IMG/VR virus record: IMGVR_UViG_3300033145_000681
Span: 4,355-68,354 of that record
Origin: a virus
Direction: 5' to 3' (one strand)
DNA: 64,000 nucleotides
Shown here: in pieces, positions 56,528-64,000 of the stretch
How the letters are laid out: each line of letters begins with the position of its first letter
Numbering within the stretch: the first letter of the stretch is position 1
Notes under the pieces: generated by a model
Seen by the model: the letters and a program-made list of their open reading frames with translations, nothing else
The model's database searches: none
Told to the model about the DNA's origin: nothing
Position numbers and translations under genes: made by a program

Positions 56528-57123
56528 AAAGGATATTTATTACCGGCTGCTCTCGATCGGGTACCACGCTGCTGAAGAGATTGTTCTATGCATTCCCGTC
56601 AGTAGGCGTACACAAGGCTGAGATCTCTCTGGATAGTTTTTCAGGGATCCCGAATCACCTCGATTGCATTGCCTATGTCGGGAAGCGGAAGTGCAAAACG
56701 GTCTTCAGCAATGTGCTGCCCCAGGCAGAGATCGATCTGCAGCTGAAGCTCATCCGCGAGAGGGAGATCCTGGTAGTCAACATCATCCGGGGAAGGACGG
56801 CGGTGACCGAGGCGAAGGATTGGCCGGTTCCGGTAGATAGATACAATGCCGCGATTACCCAGGCGGGGATCTACTGCAATCACATCGCGTATGAAACGAA
56901 TTACGAGACGCTCATATCTGAGCCGGATCTCGTACAGGGGGAGATTGCTGAGCGGTTAATTCCTGAAGTTAAGAAATTCGGATATCAGGTATGGAGTGAC
57001 TATCCTGAATTTGTTCCTCCAGACGAATTCGCCGACATATCAGATCCGCGGTACGCTCCCCGACCGATCGGGCAGAGCATGTTTCATGAGGAGGCGATCA
57101 ATGAAGATCCTGCTCTGGGCTAA
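56524..57123 (+). CDS. sulfotransferase-family protein
   Basis: IFITGCSRSGTTLL PSB loop; NIIR; YETLISEP. Confidence 0.75.
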   Translation: MKRIFITGCSRSGTTLLKRLFYAFPSVGVHKAEISLDSFSGIPNHLDCIAYVGKRKCKTVFSNVLPQAEIDLQLKLIREREILVVNIIRGRTAVTEAKDWPVPVDRYNAAITQAGIYCNHIAYETNYETLISEPDLVQGEIAERLIPEVKKFGYQVWSDYPEFVPPDEFADISDPRYAPRPIGQSMFHEEAINEDPALG

Positions 57124-58126
57124 GAGCCCATGCATCCGGACGTACAAGGAAGCCGTCGCGCTCCGGACGTACGGGGTAGAGACAGTCCTGGCCTATGCCG
57201 GGCAGACCATCGGCGGCCGGTATCCCGGGCTCAAGGATGAGGATGCCTTCGATGAGATCGCAATCCAGAAGGACATCTCCCGATTCCATTACATCGATGA
57301 TCAGAAGGTCGATGTAATCCATACGGCGCATCCTCCGGACAGTTCCGTCCGGGAGCTGTTGGGAGCGAATGTCCCGATCGTCCATGACTTCCATGATCTG
57401 GAGAGCTTTTCTGAATCGCCGAAGCCCCTGCTGGTACGGCATGAGAAGGATGCGGCCTGCTGTGCATCGGCGCTGGTATTCGTATCCGGATCGATGGAGC
57501 GCAGCGTCAAGGCGACGTATCCGGGAGCGGCGATGATGGGAGCGGTAATCCCGAATGCGGCAGGGGAGGAAGAACTCTCGAATGAGGTTGTCTGGCATTG
57601 GCCTGCCGGCGAGACGCATGTGGTCTACGCAGCAGCAATGCCTCATTGGGGAGATGGTCACTTCCGGGATCTGAAGCCTCATGCCGATCAGCTCATCGCC
57701 CAGGGGATCTTCGTGCACGTTCATGCGTTGATCATCCAGCCGGCGCTGCAGGCAGCGGCAGCCCATTGTCCGCTTCTCCGCATCGAGCCCCAGGTAACAG
57801 GGCTGTTATTGCTGGAGCAGCTGGAGAAGTACCATGCCGGCATCATCCCGCATCGAGGCAGGAATAAACTCATCCAGAAGCATATCGACATGAGCGTCCC
57901 GAACAAGCTGTACGAGTACTGGCAAGTAGGCGTCCCGGTAATCTGCCTGCCGGCAGTAGAGACGCAGCTCATGGTCGAGGAGTACAAGCTCGGGTGGATC
58001 GTAGAGGATTACTCGAATCTGGCATCCGTAATCAAGCAGCCGTACAAACCGAAGCGGAAGGTCATCAGAATGCGGGAAGAGGTCAGGAAGTTAATCTCAC
58101 TCTACGAGGATGTGTTATGGCGATAA
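57101..58126 (+). CDS. GT-B (GT4-like) glycosyltransferase
   Basis: VHDFHD, VIPNA, PNKLYEYWQVGVPVI. Confidence 0.85.
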   Translation: MKILLWAKSPCIRTYKEAVALRTYGVETVLAYAGQTIGGRYPGLKDEDAFDEIAIQKDISRFHYIDDQKVDVIHTAHPPDSSVRELLGANVPIVHDFHDLESFSESPKPLLVRHEKDAACCASALVFVSGSMERSVKATYPGAAMMGAVIPNAAGEEELSNEVVWHWPAGETHVVYAAAMPHWGDGHFRDLKPHADQLIAQGIFVHVHALIIQPALQAAAAHCPLLRIEPQVTGLLLLEQLEKYHAGIIPHRGRNKLIQKHIDMSVPNKLYEYWQVGVPVICLPAVETQLMVEEYKLGWIVEDYSNLASVIKQPYKPKRKVIRMREEVRKLISLYEDVLWR

Positions 58127-58995
58127 AGCTCTACGGTGTAGTTTCCGGCAGATCCATCAGCGGCCTGAATCGAATCGGACGGATGATCATGCCTGACATT
58201 GAGATAGTCAAGGATGGGCCAGCTGATCCATCTCTTTATCAGGGGGTGATCTGTCATAATTACATGGGCGATCCATTCGGGAAGAAGCTCCCGAGGATCG
58301 TCTTCCTTGCCAGCTGCAAGACGGGGAGCCTGGCGCTGAACAAGAAGACCAGGAGGCTATTCCTTGCGCATCCTCCAGACGCGCTCTGGGTCAATCAGGA
58401 ATCCGGGCGCCTGGCGCTGAAGAAGGTAGGCATCGAAGCGACTACCATGTTCCGGCCGAATCGCCTGGCGATCCCGAGTGAGGAGCCCCTGCCGTTCAAT
58501 GAGAAGAAGATCCTCTGGCATTGGCATCCCGGATCATGGATGTCCCCGAAACTCGAGGCCGGTATTGCCAAGGCCATGCGGAGCCTGAAGGATTTCGAGA
58601 TCCTGGTTATCAGCGGGCTCCGCGATAAGAGCCTCAAGCCTGCAGGGAAGGGGCTCGATCATGTAACGGGCGGGGGCTGGATAGATCTCCGGACGGATAT
58701 GAACCAATACGCCGGGATCGTTCGCGTATATGATGTTCCCTGCATGTTCGATCTCGGCAGGAGCACGTTTCAGGCATTCGCGTATGGCCGCTGGAATATA
58801 TGCCGAGCTACACGCGAGCCGTTAGTAGATACAATACACCGTGTGGAGGAGATTCCGGCGCTGGTACGCAGCCTGGTAAAAGGCGACAATCAGAAGATTG
58901 CCCGGAAGCGGTGGAAGTATATCAGGAGTAACTTTACGGAGGAGGCGCTGCATGAGCGGTGGGTCAAAGCGGTCAAGGAAGTTATCCATGCATGA
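58117..58995 (+). CDS. putative GT-B glycosyltransferase
   Basis: GRSTFQAFAYGR acceptor-side motif; cluster context. Confidence 0.55.
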   Translation: MAIKLYGVVSGRSISGLNRIGRMIMPDIEIVKDGPADPSLYQGVICHNYMGDPFGKKLPRIVFLASCKTGSLALNKKTRRLFLAHPPDALWVNQESGRLALKKVGIEATTMFRPNRLAIPSEEPLPFNEKKILWHWHPGSWMSPKLEAGIAKAMRSLKDFEILVISGLRDKSLKPAGKGLDHVTGGGWIDLRTDMNQYAGIVRVYDVPCMFDLGRSTFQAFAYGRWNICRATREPLVDTIHRVEEIPALVRSLVKGDNQKIARKRWKYIRSNFTEEALHERWVKAVKEVIHA

Positions 58996-59608
58996 GGTGA
59001 AGAAATGTCTGGTACTCAGTCCCCATTACGATGATGCGGAGCTGGGGTGCGGCGGGACGATTGCCAAGCTCATCCGGAACGGCGCCCATGTCCGGGTAAT
59101 GGTATTCGCAGAGCAGCGCCGGCTGGACAAGAGCATGCCGGAAAGGCTTGAGGAGGAGATGAACGCCTCTGCCAAGATCCTCGGCTTCGATGGGATAATG
59201 TTCAGGCTCGAAGGCCGGCGCCTGGGAGAATCCCGGCAGGCCATTCTTGATGACATGATCCAGGAGGGGAAAGACTTCCAACCGGATCTGGTGCTCGCGC
59301 CTTCGCTGATGCAGACGCACCAGGATCATCAGGTCGTATCCCATGAAGCCTTCCGGGCATTCAAGTATACGTCCCTGCTGGGATATGACATGCCGTGGAA
59401 CTATCTGGATTCCGGCCGGCTGAGTACGTTCGTGGAGATCTCGAAGCAGCACCTTGCCAAGAAGGCGGCAGCCGTTCAATGCTACGCCTCCCAGATGCCG
59501 CGGCCGTACTTCGATCGAGAGGTAATCGAATCCCTGGCCCGGGCCCGGGGGCTGCAGTGCGGCAGGAAATATGCCGAAGCCTTCGAGACGTACCGCTGGT
59601 TTCTCTGA
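58988..59608 (+). CDS. PIG-L/LmbE-family deacetylase
   Basis: SPHYDDAELGCGGTI, HQDH, YASQ, YAEAFE. Confidence 0.93.
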   Translation: MHEVKKCLVLSPHYDDAELGCGGTIAKLIRNGAHVRVMVFAEQRRLDKSMPERLEEEMNASAKILGFDGIMFRLEGRRLGESRQAILDDMIQEGKDFQPDLVLAPSLMQTHQDHQVVSHEAFRAFKYTSLLGYDMPWNYLDSGRLSTFVEISKQHLAKKAAAVQCYASQMPRPYFDREVIESLARARGLQCGRKYAEAFETYRWFL

Positions 59609-60150
59609 TGGATGCCTCCGAGTATCTGACCATCAAACAGAAGCTGATCGATTCAGGATACTCCGACGAGATAGACTGGAGCGAGAACGTAGCCGCTCCG
59701 GAGACACCCATGCAGTTCTTCATCCAGTACGGCTGGGTGGTAGTCAACAGCGGCATGAAGAATCAGGTCGCCGAAAAGATCTGGGATCGGATCACGGAGG
59801 CGCTCGCGGAGGGGAAGTCATCCTCTGCGGTATTCGGGCACAAGGGGAAGACAGAGGCGATCGATTACGTCTTCAATCATCGGGATACCATCTTCCGGGA
59901 ATACCAGGAGGCGTCGGACAAGCTGGCGTACTTCGAAAGCCTGCCCTGGATCGGGAAGATCACGAAATGGCATCTCGCCAAGAACGTAGGGATGGATGTC
60001 TGCAAGCCCGATCGGCATCTGGTACGGATAGCCACGAGGTACAATACAGATCCGGACAAGCTCTGCAGACGGCTCTCGGAAGAGACGGGGGATAGAATAG
60101 TAACGGTAGATATGGTTTTGTGGAGAGCTGCGAATCTGGGGAGGATCTAA
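59608..60150 (+). CDS. HhH-GPD superfamily DNA glycosylase-like protein
   Basis: LPWIGKIT (HhH), KPDRHLVR, VDMVLW. Confidence 0.6.
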   Translation: MDASEYLTIKQKLIDSGYSDEIDWSENVAAPETPMQFFIQYGWVVVNSGMKNQVAEKIWDRITEALAEGKSSSAVFGHKGKTEAIDYVFNHRDTIFREYQEASDKLAYFESLPWIGKITKWHLAKNVGMDVCKPDRHLVRIATRYNTDPDKLCRRLSEETGDRIVTVDMVLWRAANLGRI

Positions 60151-60165
60151 TTGCACCGTGCAATT
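60149..60165. promoter_or_regulatory. 17-bp palindrome copy 6
   Basis: AATTGCACcGTGCAATT overlapping TAA stop, followed by SD AGGAGG. Confidence 0.85.
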
Positions 60166-60180
60166 GGCAGGAGGTTGGTA

Positions 60181-60384
60181 ATGCCAGGATATTTGAACAA
60201 GATGAATGCCGAGGAAGAGCGGTGGGCCGAGGCGAGCAGGAAGGTCAGGGATGCGATCCATAATATGATCCGCTCCAGTGAAGCAGTTGGCAAGGATAAA
60301 GCTGACGTTGCCGAGGATATTGCAGATATGGTTCATGACGAGTGTGGAGTCACTTTCAGGAATGAAGCAGGAGGCGGCCGATAA
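60181..60384 (+). CDS. hypothetical protein
   Basis: SD AGGAGGT. Confidence 0.6.
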   Translation: MPGYLNKMNAEEERWAEASRKVRDAIHNMIRSSEAVGKDKADVAEDIADMVHDECGVTFRNEAGGGR

Positions 60385-61058
60385 TGCAGGATGTAAGGAT
60401 TAAGGAATTCGAAAGCGACGAGGCATACCGGGCCAGCCAGACCACATCCTCGATCGATACCAGGCTCTGGCCGGTGTACCAGGACCGGTGCCGGAGCGAT
60501 GTCGAGAAGTTCATGCCTTGGTGGCCGCGAGAGTGCAAGGTGCTTGATGCCGGATGCGGGGACGGTTACACGATGGATATCATCCGTTCTGTAAGACCGC
60601 CGTTTTGGATCTACGGTATCGACATGACTCCCGCAAAGGTAGAAGAAGCTCGGATACATGGGCACGATGTTTACATCAATGATCTTTCGGAAATCAAGTT
60701 CAAAAACCAGATATTTGATGTAGTCTACTGCCGGCACGTATTCGAGCACGTAATCAAGCCGAAGCGTGTCATGATGGAATTCTACCGGGTGCTGGCAGAT
60801 TGGGGACGGCTCTGCCTGATCGTTCCGCTGGTAGCAGCCAAGGATGTTCGGGGGAAGCATCCCCAGGAGATTCCGAATCTGCAGTACGTGAAGGATCTCG
60901 TGGAGGGCGCCGGTTTCTATGTCAATCGCGCATCTCTGGAGAAGCCGAAGTATGGAGATGAGGTATGGATCTGGGCAACGAAAAGGGGAGAAGAGCGTTC
61001 TGCTGGAGAGAGATGGACCGTCAGTGAAGAGGATCATCTTCCAGCATTAAACGGGTGA
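60384..61058 (+). CDS. class I SAM-dependent methyltransferase
   Basis: VLDAGCGDG, GIDM, FDVVYCRHVFEH. Confidence 0.92.
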   Translation: MQDVRIKEFESDEAYRASQTTSSIDTRLWPVYQDRCRSDVEKFMPWWPRECKVLDAGCGDGYTMDIIRSVRPPFWIYGIDMTPAKVEEARIHGHDVYINDLSEIKFKNQIFDVVYCRHVFEHVIKPKRVMMEFYRVLADWGRLCLIVPLVAAKDVRGKHPQEIPNLQYVKDLVEGAGFYVNRASLEKPKYGDEVWIWATKRGEERSAGERWTVSEEDHLPALNG

Positions 61059-61076
61059 CATGAAAAGGGGACAGGA

Positions 61077-61691
61077 ATGATCATCGTAACGGGATGCGGA
61101 AGATCGGGAACGTACTACATGGCGCTTGCCCTGCAGGCGCTGGGCTTCGATGTCGGGCATGAGCAATGGGGCACGGCCGGCCAGGTAGGCTTCCATGCCG
61201 CGGTGGATCTCCGGGGCGCGAAGAAGGGGAAGCCCTGGCGGCTCGAAAGAGATACCAGCGATATCGTGCTCCATCAGGTACGCCATCCGCTGGGTACCAT
61301 CAGCTCATTCCAGACGGCCCAGGGATACAGCTGGGATTTCATCTGCGAGCATGAGAAGGCGATTGATAGGAAGGCGCCCCTGGTACTCCGGTGCATGCAG
61401 TACTGGTATTACTGGAACATCAAGGCGTCGACGTACGCGGATCTGACGTACCGGATCGAGGAGATCGAGGAGGCATGGCCGGAGATCTGTACCCTGATCG
61501 GCATCCCTGCCGATACTCCCAGGCCGAAGGAGACGCACAAAGGTTGGCATAAGCGTGGGCATTCGAATCTGACCTGGGCGGATCTCCATGAGGCCAGTGC
61601 GGATCTCTGCCTGAACATCAAGACGGCCGCCGTCGATCTGGGATACTCGGTTGATGAGGAGCCCGAGCCGGAGAAGGATGCCGATGCCTGA
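61077..61691 (+). CDS. sulfotransferase-family protein
   Basis: IIVTGCGRSGT, VGHE, HQVRHPLGTISS. Confidence 0.75.
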   Translation: MIIVTGCGRSGTYYMALALQALGFDVGHEQWGTAGQVGFHAAVDLRGAKKGKPWRLERDTSDIVLHQVRHPLGTISSFQTAQGYSWDFICEHEKAIDRKAPLVLRCMQYWYYWNIKASTYADLTYRIEEIEEAWPEICTLIGIPADTPRPKETHKGWHKRGHSNLTWADLHEASADLCLNIKTAAVDLGYSVDEEPEPEKDADA

Positions 61692-62292
61692 CAGTGATGT
61701 AATGCGCGACGATATCATCCCCGGCGTTCTCATCCACGAATCATCCTACGTGGGCAAGAATGTGAAGATAGGAAAAGGCACCAAGATCTGGCGCTTCTGT
61801 AATATCCTGGACGGCGTCGAGATCGGGGAGAGCTGCAACATCGGCCAGAACGTAGTAATGATGCCTGGCGTGACGATCGGCAGGAATTGCAAGATCCAGA
61901 ATAACGTCTCTCTCCACATCGGAGTAACCTGTGAAGACGATGTATTCCTCGGGCCATCATGTGTATTCACGAACGTATTCAATCCGCGGAGCCACGTCTC
62001 CCGGAATCACGAATACAGGGATACCCTGATCAAGAAGGGCGCGAGCATCGGCGCCAATGTAACTACCGTCTGCGGCCATACCGTAGGGCGATACGCACTC
62101 GTGGGGGCTGGCTCGGTTGTAACCAGGGACGTACCCGATCACGCGCTGGTATACGGCAACCCGGCGACGCTCAAAGGGTGGGTATGCGAATGCGGTGTAA
62201 AGGTCCATGTGCAAGGGTTCCCGAGGCTCGGTGCGTGCTCAGAATGCGGGAAGCGGCTCGTAGAGAAATACGGGGTGATGGTGCAGGAATGA
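61684..62292 (+). CDS. hexapeptide-repeat N-acetyltransferase, WbpD-like
   Basis: IGESCNIGQNV, CKIQNNVS, EDDVFLGPSCVFTNVFNPRS, GNPA..GWVCECG. Confidence 0.93.
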   Translation: MPDSDVMRDDIIPGVLIHESSYVGKNVKIGKGTKIWRFCNILDGVEIGESCNIGQNVVMMPGVTIGRNCKIQNNVSLHIGVTCEDDVFLGPSCVFTNVFNPRSHVSRNHEYRDTLIKKGASIGANVTTVCGHTVGRYALVGAGSVVTRDVPDHALVYGNPATLKGWVCECGVKVHVQGFPRLGACSECGKRLVEKYGVMVQE

Positions 62293-62298
62293 AGATGA

Positions 62299-62326
62299 TT
62301 GATATATTCCCTCACGGCGGTATAAT
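62299..62326 (+). promoter_or_regulatory. sigma70-type promoter of the HNH-AP2 cassette
   Basis: TTGATA-N16-TATAAT. Confidence 0.65.
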
Positions 62327-62331
62327 GGCGT

Positions 62332-62430
62332 AGCCATGATAAGCGTCGTACATGAAGAATCTGAAGCGAAAGCCCAGCGGTTGACATACCCTCACGGCGT
62401 TTGTCATGGCTCCGTTGGGCTTTCCTTTTT
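62332..62430 (+). ncRNA. structured leader (pseudoknot or attenuator)
   Basis: 18-bp helix 62332-62349/62394-62411 crossing 13-bp helix 62368-62380/62412-62424, then CTTTTT. Confidence 0.65.
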
Positions 62431-62443
62431 GGAGGAGGATGCC

Positions 62444-62935
62444 GTGAGGATCATATCGCTGACCAGGGGCAAAGTAGCAATTATTGATGACGAAGATTAC
62501 GAGCGGCTGAAGGGGTTTCGGTATTATGCCGAGCCATGCGTCTCTGGAAAATTCTACGCAAAGAGGCGCCTACGCATGAGCGAATGTGGAAAGCGTGGTC
62601 CGACTAGATATCTCCATTACGATATTATCGAACGGCTTCCTGGGCTCTATATGGATCACAGGAATGGAAACTCTCTTGATAATCGAAGGGGCAATCTCCG
62701 TCATTGTACGCGCAAGCAGAATCAGGCAAATATGAAACCCCACCGTGATCGAGGGTCAAGGTACAAAGGCGTCTCGTGGCATCGGGAAGGCCATAAGTGG
62801 GCGGCTTATATTCGTGTTGATGAGAAGAATAAATATCTTGGATTATTCATGGAAGAAGAAGATGCTGCACGAGCATATGATACAGCGGCACGGGTAGCGT
62901 TTGGTGAATTCGCCTGGTGCAATTTCGAGGAGTGA
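62444..62935 (+). mobile_element. free-standing HNH-AP2 homing endonuclease
   Basis: LTRGKVAIIDDEDY, DHRNGNSLDNRRGNLR, SRYKGVSW..YLGLF..AARAYD; GTG after GGAGGAGG; lower GC. Confidence 0.92.
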
Positions 62936-62936
62936 G

Positions 62937-63677
62937 ATGAAGCTGGCGGCGCACCAACCTTATTATCTTCCCTGGGCTGGGTATTTTTCGAAGATGTCTA
63001 TGGTGGATCTTTTCGTCTTCATGGACGATGTGCAGTTCACGCATCGGGAGTATTTCAATCGGGCTCGGGTGCTTGTCCAGGGTGTCCCGAAGTGGCTTAC
63101 CGTTCCGGTGCATGGGAGCAAGCGCAAGACACTTTTCGAAACGTTGCTGATGACCGAAGGTCGGAGCTGGCTCGAAGCGCATTTCAAAACGCTGAAGCTG
63201 AACTACTCCAGGGCACTTCATGGGGATGAGATGCTCGGGTATATCGAAGCCATACTCGGTGCATTCTCAATGATGCAGACATCTCCGGGATGGAGTCCGT
63301 CCCTGGCAGATCTCACGATTCCGATGGTGAACTCTCTTGCCCAGCTGCTCGGGATCGAAACCTGTACGATCAATGCGTCCCGTCTCGAGTACGAGCCGGC
63401 GCTCAAGAGTCAGCGGCTCATCAATATGTGCAAGGCGGCCGGGGCCGATACGTATGTCGCCGGCAGCGGGGGGAGCAGGAACTACCTCGATCGGGATCTC
63501 TTCCGGAAGCACGGTATCAAGATAGAGTGGCAGACATTCTCATGCGGGAAGTACGAGCAGTACAAGGCAGAGGAGTTCATCCCCGGGCTCTCGATCGTGG
63601 ATCTGATTGCTAACTGCGGGATACAATATTCCAGGCAGTACCTGAAATGGTGGGGTCATACGTACGAGGAAAAATGA
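62937..63677 (+). CDS. wbqC: WbqC-family protein
   Basis: HQPYYLPWAGYFSK..DDVQF..NR..WLTVPV, Y.Q..FIPGLSIVDLI. Confidence 0.92.
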   Translation: MKLAAHQPYYLPWAGYFSKMSMVDLFVFMDDVQFTHREYFNRARVLVQGVPKWLTVPVHGSKRKTLFETLLMTEGRSWLEAHFKTLKLNYSRALHGDEMLGYIEAILGAFSMMQTSPGWSPSLADLTIPMVNSLAQLLGIETCTINASRLEYEPALKSQRLINMCKAAGADTYVAGSGGSRNYLDRDLFRKHGIKIEWQTFSCGKYEQYKAEEFIPGLSIVDLIANCGIQYSRQYLKWWGHTYEEK

Positions 63678-64000
63678 AGACATCAATCCTGCAGAATGAG
63701 GATCACGATCGATTCGGTGTAGCTACGGGCATCGGCGATCTGAAAGGGAAGGACATCCTTGATGTCGGCAGCGGATATGCCAAGCTGCTGACCTATCTGA
63801 ATGATCAGGGCATAGAGCCAGGCTCATATACCGGAATCGATGAAGACGATCGCGCACTGGCTACCAGCAGGGAGACATATCCAGATCATGAATTCATCAA
63901 GGGATCGTATCCGGCAGATGCGCCGGCCATAGAGGTGGACTACACATTCGCGCTCGGCTTTTTCTCGTACGAGAGAGATGACTGGACGGCGTTCATGCTG
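63674..64000 (+). CDS. class I SAM-dependent methyltransferase (partial, absent from ORF track)
   Basis: ATGA overlap; ILDVGSGYA, YTGID; open to the window edge. Confidence 0.85.
   Translation, partial: MKTSILQNEDHDRFGVATGIGDLKGKDILDVGSGYAKLLTYLNDQGIEPGSYTGIDEDDRALATSRETYPDHEFIKGSYPADAPAIEVDYTFALGFFSYERDDWTAFML

Noticed and set aside
14621-60165. 17-bp palindromes as CRISPR repeats, REP elements, terminators or att sites
   Set aside because: Copies are kilobases apart with no spacers, have a 1-nt centre and no U-tract, share no flanking homology, and no Cas, transposase or integrase is present
1-64000. Stop-codon reassignment
   Set aside because: Genes tile densely under the standard code, and TAA, TAG and TGA all end coupled genes

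Overview
The window is a contiguous piece of a tailed dsDNA phage genome (Caudoviricetes, apparently siphovirus-like: tail tube and tape measure present, no sheath seen). Essentially all credible genes are on the + strand. Gene order: fibres and neck (1-12.3 kb), tail (12.5-21.5 kb), SNF2 helicase, WecB epimerase and DnaC/DnaB (21.5-28.8 kb), a compositionally distinct early-type block (28.9-31.5 kb), HTH, sigma-like, ParB, SSB, RecA and split SbcC/SbcD (31.5-40.8 kb), small accessory genes (41-47 kb), terminase, portal, minor head and protease/scaffold (46.9-54 kb), then a glycan synthesis/modification locus of at least 9.5 kb that runs off the right edge. No major capsid gene, integrase, ParA, DNA polymerase, endolysin, tRNA or CRISPR array was recognised. 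The best candidate for an undescribed system is an orphan ParB-family protein together with six exact copies of a 17-bp palindrome, AATTGCAC(G/C)GTGCAATT, spaced every 7-10 kb, one directly upstream of parB. Other highlights: a -1 frameshift ORF missing from the ORF track, a two-copy covarying RNA motif, a pseudoknot/attenuator leader before an HNH-AP2 gene, a pseudo-phosphoesterase, and candidate [IV]QE protease sites in head proteins. All calls are by-eye motif recognition; no searches were run.
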